A stretch of 64,000 nt of DNA from Erysipelotrichaceae bacterium. Lineage in GTDB: Bacteria > Bacillota_I > Bacilli_A > Erysipelotrichales > Erysipelotrichaceae. A program made the translations under genes and the position numbers. Positions 58,682-64,000 of this stretch are shown piece by piece. The stretch covers positions 47,922 through 111,921 of the forward strand of contig JAWRHV010000023.1 of assembly GCA_040266995.1 (NCBI GenBank), read 5' to 3'. Below the pieces are notes generated by a model. The model was not told the origin of the DNA. It did no database searches and worked only from the letters and a program-made list of their open reading frames with translations. Within the stretch, counting starts at the first letter, position 1; each line of letters starts with the position of its first letter.

Positions 58682-60814
58682 CTATCTAAATAAAGTGATA
58701 TGTGTGAAGACAACGGCCATCGAGTTGGCAACCGTCGACATCGTTTTGATAAAGATATCCAGCGCAACACCGACAACATCCTTACGAGTATCACCGACCG
58801 TATCGCCGGTTACAGCCGCTTTATGAGCCGGCGTTCCCTTTTCGCTGCCGGCAATGGCGCCACTTTCAATGTATTTCTTGGCATTATCGAATGCACCACC
58901 GGAATTTCCCATAAAGATAGCCCGTGGAATTGCACAGATTGTAGCACCGATCAGCATACCACCGACAAACTCAACACCGAATAAGAATCCACCGATAATC
59001 GGAATGACCAGAGCCAGCACCGATGGAACCAGCATCTTGCGTAAAGCCGTATTGGCAGCCATCGCAATCATCTTGTTGTAATCCGGTTTAACCGTTCCTT
59101 CCAGAACACCCGGAACGGATAACTGACGATCGCCTTCATCAGCCATCAGCTTGGCCGCATCGATCGTATTATCTGTCAGTAACGCACTGAAGTATTCAAC
59201 CATGGCACCACCGATGATACCACCGGCAATAACAACGAAGCTTGCCATATTCAATACCGGTTCTTTTCCTACAGTTGCATAGTTGGATACATAAGCAACA
59301 ATCAGAGATACCGTCGCAAAGGCAGCCGATCCAATGGCAAATCCTTTACCGACAGCAGCCGTTGTATTTCCGACTGCATCCAGCTTGTCTGTGATCACGC
59401 GGACCTTGGCATCCAGATGGCAGGACTCGGCAATACCACCGGCATTATCGGCAATCGGTCCGAATGCATCAATTGATACGGTTGCGCCGACAAAAGCCAG
59501 CATACCTAATGCAGATACGGCAATTCCGTAGGTTCCGCATAATTTTCCGGACAAGAACAAAGCGATACCGATCACAAGGATCGGAAGCAGACAGGACCGG
59601 GATCCTACCGCATCTCCCTTTGTGATAACAAAAGCTTCCCCTTCGTTGGCAATCTTAGCCAGATCACGGGTCGGTTTATAGTCAGTGCTTGTGTAATATT
59701 CGGTAATACTTCCGATCGCAACACCACTGATAATACCCAGTACGGAAGATAACCATGGAGATACCCATCCCAAGCGGAATGCATCGTACAAAGGAACGCG
59801 GGCGAAGATGATCATACTGGCAAAGAAGCCAAGACCAATTGTCAACCCGGCCGAGATCCATGTAGCCAGATCCAATTCCCGAGATGGATTATCCGACATC
59901 TTTTTGATGGAAGCATAGAACAAGCCGATCAGGCAGGATAATAATCCTAAACCTGCCAAAACGATCGGATAACGGATCGTCGCGTTCAGTGTCGCTTCCG
60001 TAATTCCCTTGGCGCTATTGGCAAGTGCACTATTATATACCGTTACCGCAATCATCAAAGAGGCAGCAATGGTTGCCACAAAGCTTTCCAGCAAGTCGGA
60101 ACAGTTACCGGCAATATCATTGACATTGTCCCCGATAAAATCGGCGATTGTGTTCGGCACACGGCTGTCATCTTCCGGCAGATCATGACGGATCTTTCCC
60201 AGAATATCCGCTGAAATATCAGCAGCCTTTGTATAGTTACCACCGGCAACACGGTTGAACATCGCCACGATCGAGCATCCCAGGGAATACGTCGTAATTC
60301 TTGTAATACCCGGATTACATGGTAAGTTCACTAACAATCCATGGCTTTCTGCCGAGGCATCAATGCCTTTAAAGATGAGCAAGACCAGAACCAATCCCAG
60401 CAGACCCATCGCCTGTACACTTAAACCGCTGATAGAACCGCCACATAGCGCAACCTTAACCGTTTCACCGATGGAAAGGCTCTTGCGCGCTTTGTTAGCC
60501 GTACGTACGTTGGCATAGGTTGCACTCTGCATACCTAATACACATACGATGCTGCTCATCAATGCGCCGACCATTAAAGTCAGACCACTTGTCTTTTCCA
60601 CAAACAAGCTGAAGATAATAGCCAAAACGATCACTACAGCGATGATAGCTTTGAACTCTGTTTTGATGAACGTATCGGCTCCATCACGAATAATACCCGC
60701 CAGTTCTTTCATGTCTTCCGTGCCTTCGCTCATTTTTTTGATACGATTATAATTCATGAATACATAGAGCATAGCCACGATACATAAAACGAGTATAATA
60801 CATAAATACAACAT
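58682..60814 (-). CDS. hppA: membrane-bound proton/sodium-translocating pyrophosphatase
   Basis: About 710 aa polytopic protein with the conserved GDTVGD and DxxGNTT/aspartate-rich blocks. I started it at MLYLCII (RBS GGGAGG), not at the upstream TTG. Confidence 0.85.
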   Translation of the reverse strand: MLYLCIILVLCIVAMLYVFMNYNRIKKMSEGTEDMKELAGIIRDGADTFIKTEFKAIIAVVIVLAIIFSLFVEKTSGLTLMVGALMSSIVCVLGMQSATYANVRTANKARKSLSIGETVKVALCGGSISGLSVQAMGLLGLVLVLLIFKGIDASAESHGLLVNLPCNPGITRITTYSLGCSIVAMFNRVAGGNYTKAADISADILGKIRHDLPEDDSRVPNTIADFIGDNVNDIAGNCSDLLESFVATIAASLMIAVTVYNSALANSAKGITEATLNATIRYPIVLAGLGLLSCLIGLFYASIKKMSDNPSRELDLATWISAGLTIGLGFFASMIIFARVPLYDAFRLGWVSPWLSSVLGIISGVAIGSITEYYTSTDYKPTRDLAKIANEGEAFVITKGDAVGSRSCLLPILVIGIALFLSGKLCGTYGIAVSALGMLAFVGATVSIDAFGPIADNAGGIAESCHLDAKVRVITDKLDAVGNTTAAVGKGFAIGSAAFATVSLIVAYVSNYATVGKEPVLNMASFVVIAGGIIGGAMVEYFSALLTDNTIDAAKLMADEGDRQLSVPGVLEGTVKPDYNKMIAMAANTALRKMLVPSVLALVIPIIGGFLFGVEFVGGMLIGATICAIPRAIFMGNSGGAFDNAKKYIESGAIAGSEKGTPAHKAAVTGDTVGDTRKDVVGVALDIFIKTMSTVANSMAVVFTHITLFR

Positions 60815-61002
60815 CTTTATATCCTCCCTTTTTACATATCGATATAACAATTTCCAATCTATCGTAACACATTTTCTCTATCTTTGTCACATATTTTTCA
60901 CATTATTTTTATTTTGAATTTTCAAAATTGACAATTTAAAAAAAGGGAAATTTCGATTATCATATAATTAAAGAACAACGACCGAACGGAAAGGAGACGA
61001 AC

Positions 61003-62079
61003 ATGTCAAACAAACCAAAAATAATGTATGTCGTAAAACGACTAAGTGGTGGTATTTTCACATATCTCGTTCATTTAACCGAAAGACTGATCGATAAATA
61101 TGACATTGTGATTGCTTATTCCACCACACCAGAAACACCAAAAAGGTTCCGTGACTATTTCGATTCCCGGATTCCAATGTTTCGCATTAAAAACTTCTCG
61201 GAAAGCTCCAACATTCTTTCTTTTTCCGGAGCCAAAGCCGAATTGAAAGCGCTTGTGGAAGAACAGGATCCGGATATCATACATTTCCACGGGCATGGTG
61301 CCGGAAAAATCGGACGTAGAGCTCTTGAAGGATGCGGAATACCGATGTTCTATACACCGCATGGATATTTGTATCTGGCGGAGAATCATAATATTCTGAC
61401 CAGAAGCATGGAACGCCGCAGCGAGGAACAAGGCGCCAAGATCGACTGTATGACCATTGCCTGCAGTAAGGGCGAATATGCGGAAACTCTGGGGTTAACC
61501 GATAATGCCACTTATGTAAACAATGGAATCGATATGGCTGAGCTGGATGAAATCGTAAGAAATGTCAAAATTGAAGACCATCCGCTGACTGTTTATACGA
61601 CCGGTTTGATCAACACACAGAAAAATGCCGGATTATTTAATGAAATTGCTCACGCTATGCCGGATGTGCAATTCAAATGGATCGGTGACGGAGATCGAAA
61701 ATACAAACTGACAGCACCCAATGTTCATGTAACCGGATGGTTATCCAGAGAAGATGCGATCCGGGAAGCTTATTCCTCCGATGTATTTATCCTGACCTCC
61801 TTATGGGAAGGCCTTCCGATTTCCCTGCTGGAAGCTATGTATATGCGTAAGCTCTGTGTTGTTTCCAATGTAGTCGGTTCAAGGGATGTAATCACTAACG
61901 GATTTAACGGGTTTGTCGTAGACAGCGCCGCTGCTTTTGTCAACGCCATCAACCAGATCGGTTATCCGCATGTCGAAGAAATCAAGGAGAATGCTTATCT
62001 GGATATCGTAGAAAACTACGATGTCAACAAAATGGCCATCGCATATGACCGCATTTATCAGAAAGCTCTGCATAAATAG
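61003..62079 (+). CDS. GT4-family glycosyltransferase
   Basis: 358 aa with the EGLPISLLEAM (E-x7-E) motif and a GT-B fold N-terminus. Confidence 0.75.
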   Translation: MSNKPKIMYVVKRLSGGIFTYLVHLTERLIDKYDIVIAYSTTPETPKRFRDYFDSRIPMFRIKNFSESSNILSFSGAKAELKALVEEQDPDIIHFHGHGAGKIGRRALEGCGIPMFYTPHGYLYLAENHNILTRSMERRSEEQGAKIDCMTIACSKGEYAETLGLTDNATYVNNGIDMAELDEIVRNVKIEDHPLTVYTTGLINTQKNAGLFNEIAHAMPDVQFKWIGDGDRKYKLTAPNVHVTGWLSREDAIREAYSSDVFILTSLWEGLPISLLEAMYMRKLCVVSNVVGSRDVITNGFNGFVVDSAAAFVNAINQIGYPHVEEIKENAYLDIVENYDVNKMAIAYDRIYQKALHK

Positions 62080-62085
62080 AATGGA

Positions 62086-62114
62086 AAGGTCCCTAATATA
62101 GGGACTCTTTTTTG
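62086..62114 (+). terminator. intrinsic terminator
   Basis: GTCCCTA-ata-TAGGGAC followed by TCTTTTTT. Confidence 0.7.
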
Positions 62115-62135
62115 GTTCTTTGATAAAATATAGCC

Positions 62136-62384
62136 ATGAGCCATTACGTTTACATCGTCGAATGCAGCGACGGATCGTATTATACCGGATATACAAACAA
62201 CATAAAAAAACGGCTTGCAGCCCACAATACCGGAAAAGGTGCAAAATACACAAAAAGCCGACGGCCCGTGCGATTGATCTATCAGGAAGCCTTTGAACAC
62301 AAAACTGACGCTTTAAAGCGTGAATACGCCATCAAGCAGCTGTCAAGAAGTGAAAAAGCCGCGCTAATACGCAAGATTTCTTGA
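62136..62384 (+). CDS. GIY-YIG domain protein (UPF0213/YazA-like)
   Basis: 82 aa starting MSHYVYIVECSDGSYYTGYTNNIKKRLAAHN.... Confidence 0.8.
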   Translation: MSHYVYIVECSDGSYYTGYTNNIKKRLAAHNTGKGAKYTKSRRPVRLIYQEAFEHKTDALKREYAIKQLSRSEKAALIRKIS

Positions 62385-62444
62385 TATATCCTTATTGTTT
62401 ATATTAATATGAGATTAATGAATGATAATAAAACAGGAGGTTCC

Positions 62445-63275
62445 ATGAAGAGTTTTATCCGAAAATTTGGTATCTTTATAACCAGTCTGGCGATTTTATG
62501 CTCTATCTTTGCGGTTTCATTCAGTCAGACCCTATTTAAAGAAGATTTTATGAAAGCGCAGCTTGACAAAACCAACCTATATTCCGATATTACCATCGAA
62601 ATCAAGCGCGATATGAAACAATCCATTATGGAGGACACAACATTCGGGACGGCCCTGGAATCGGTCATCGATGTATTCCTGGACACCATCATCACACAGG
62701 AAGCAATCACGAAAGAGGTAGACGCGGTCATCGATCAAATCTATGAAGGCAAGGATATCCAGATCAGCGGCGAGTATTTGACCCAGGATTATGTATCCCA
62801 TATGCAGGCATTCCTGAAAGAATACAACGTTACTGCCGGTGAAAAGGAGCTGAAATCCCTCATTGACCCGATTGTACAGGAGTCATTGAAAAATGTGGTC
62901 ATCAGCGATCGTGTCAAAAATGCCGTGAATCTGTTCTATCAGGCAAAACAGGCGACCGATATTGCCAAGTATGCGGCACCAGCTGTTTCCATACTGCTGA
63001 TCCTGGCCATGCTGATCTTTACACAGGATAAGATAAAAAACGTTGGATTCATATTCTTATGGGCCGGTATCATTCTGGCTGTACTGATTACGCTTGGATT
63101 TGCAGCAACCGTTCTGCTGAAGCTGTATCCATCCAGTGCAACTGTAACCAGCTTCATCAACACTCTACGTGACAGTCTGATGATCGCTTATTACATTACC
63201 GCCGGCATTAGTGCCGCCTTCGGCCTGCTTCTGTTATTGATCCATTGGATCATCAAGAAAATCAGAAACCGATAA
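62445..63275 (+). CDS. membrane protein of unknown function
   Basis: An N-terminal transmembrane helix, a soluble middle and three C-terminal transmembrane helices. I started it at MKSFIRK (RBS AGGAGG). Confidence 0.45.
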   Translation: MKSFIRKFGIFITSLAILCSIFAVSFSQTLFKEDFMKAQLDKTNLYSDITIEIKRDMKQSIMEDTTFGTALESVIDVFLDTIITQEAITKEVDAVIDQIYEGKDIQISGEYLTQDYVSHMQAFLKEYNVTAGEKELKSLIDPIVQESLKNVVISDRVKNAVNLFYQAKQATDIAKYAAPAVSILLILAMLIFTQDKIKNVGFIFLWAGIILAVLITLGFAATVLLKLYPSSATVTSFINTLRDSLMIAYYITAGISAAFGLLLLLIHWIIKKIRNR

Positions 63276-63306
63276 TCAGGAGAATTGTCTCTCCTGATTT
63301 TTTATA
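63274..63306 (+). terminator. intrinsic terminator
   Basis: AATCAGGAGA-attgtc-TCTCCTGATT followed by TTTTTAT. Confidence 0.75.
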
Positions 63307-63597
63307 TGTTGTACCTCTGTTTATATGTTTAAAAACAGTAAATATTTTATGGTTTTAACTATTTTCATAAATTATTAGTTGAAAAACTCATCAAACAGGA
63401 TTAATATGAAATTGTAAAGGATTGAAAGCCCTTTCAATCCATAAAACTGAATGATACCTAAGGAGATTTTGAGAGCATTGGAGGTATATGATTGTGGTTA
63501 AATCATATTTTTCTGTGCTCTTTTTTAATACAAATATCATATTTCAAAGGTATCTATCAGTTTATGTATATACGGCCAAGAAGCCCGAGGTATCCCC

Positions 63598-64000
63598 ATG
63601 ACACATAATGATTTTATCGCTTTGTTGGAGAACACTCCCGTTGTTGCCGCAATAAAAGATGATGAAGGCCTGCACCGATGTCTTGCGTCGGACATAGATA
63701 TTATTTTTATACTTTATGGTGACATCATTACATTGCCATCCATCATACGAACGTTGAAGGATGCCGGAAAGGTTGCAATCGTTCATATCGATTTAATCAA
63801 TGGCCTTTCTGCCAAAGAGATTACATTGGATTATCTTCATAAGAATACAGACTTAGACGGAATCATAACGACGAAAGTACATTTGATATCCCATGCCAAA
63901 CAAATCGGTATGATTACGATATTACGGTATTTTCTGCTGGACAGCATAGCGATGGAAAATATCAAAGTACAAGGTAAAAAAGCCGTACAGCCGGATATTG
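63598..64000 (+). CDS. glpP: glycerol uptake operon antiterminator GlpP; partial, runs off the window end
   Basis: VHIDLINGLSAKEITLDYL, GIITTKVHLISHAKQ and LLDSIAMENIK match B. subtilis GlpP blocks. There is no stop within the window. Confidence 0.75.
   Translation, partial: MTHNDFIALLENTPVVAAIKDDEGLHRCLASDIDIIFILYGDIITLPSIIRTLKDAGKVAIVHIDLINGLSAKEITLDYLHKNTDLDGIITTKVHLISHAKQIGMITILRYFLLDSIAMENIKVQGKKAVQPDI

Noticed and set aside
60815-60850. Longer hppA ORF start (MLYRYVKREDIK...)
   Set aside because: The upstream start is TTG without an RBS. The internal ATG at 60814 has a GGGAGG RBS and gives the usual N-terminal transmembrane helix.
63488-63601. 37-codon upstream ORF whose TGA overlaps the glpP ATG (ATGA)
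   Set aside because: It has only a 3-4 nt spacing from the GGAGG, uses rare codons (AGG, CTA) and shows no recognisable similarity. It may be chance, although the overlap with the glpP start is noted.

Overview
This 64 kb window comes from a low-GC Gram-positive (Firmicutes-type) chromosome. The gene order resembles Bacilli/Erysipelotrichia, but I cannot assign a species from sequence alone. The left third (1-22.9 kb) is conserved core, and almost all of it is on the minus strand. It carries upp-atpIBEFHA plus partial atpG, then an MBL hydrolase, dnaB, rplI, gdpP and yybS, then rpsF-ssb-rpsR. After that come a SAM methyltransferase, a cell-wall amidase, MarR-trxA-trxB-gpx, and an L-box (lysine riboswitch)-controlled lysA-dapA-dapB-ddh operon, followed by an MFS transporter. 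The middle (23-49.4 kb) looks variable or accessory. It has a 1126-aa wall-anchored GH32 fructanase, a bacterial KptA/Tpt1, YigZ, a 2-phosphosulfolactate-phosphatase homologue and an SPFH protein with tandem zinc ribbons. It also has an NSS transporter, a membrane-anchored clostripain (C11) peptidase, CapA, a ROK kinase, an FAD-oxidoreductase plus ferredoxin-reductase pair, a DUF2975/XRE/membrane trio, and a small lipoprotein translationally coupled to a radical-SAM/SPASM enzyme. The most unusual gene here is a single 838-aa ORF that fuses a TetM/EF-G-like translational GTPase to a C-terminal Rae1/YacP-type NYN ribonuclease domain. From 49.5 to 57.3 kb there is a complete six-subunit Ech-type (group 4) [NiFe] hydrogenase operon, echABCDEF, followed by hypCDE, with hypA on the opposite strand. 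The right end carries a membrane pyrophosphatase (hppA), a GT4 glycosyltransferase, a GIY-YIG protein and the 5' part of glpP. I saw no rRNA, tRNA, CRISPR array, integrase or transposase. All product calls are by-eye motif and similarity reading of the supplied ORF translations. No database search was run.
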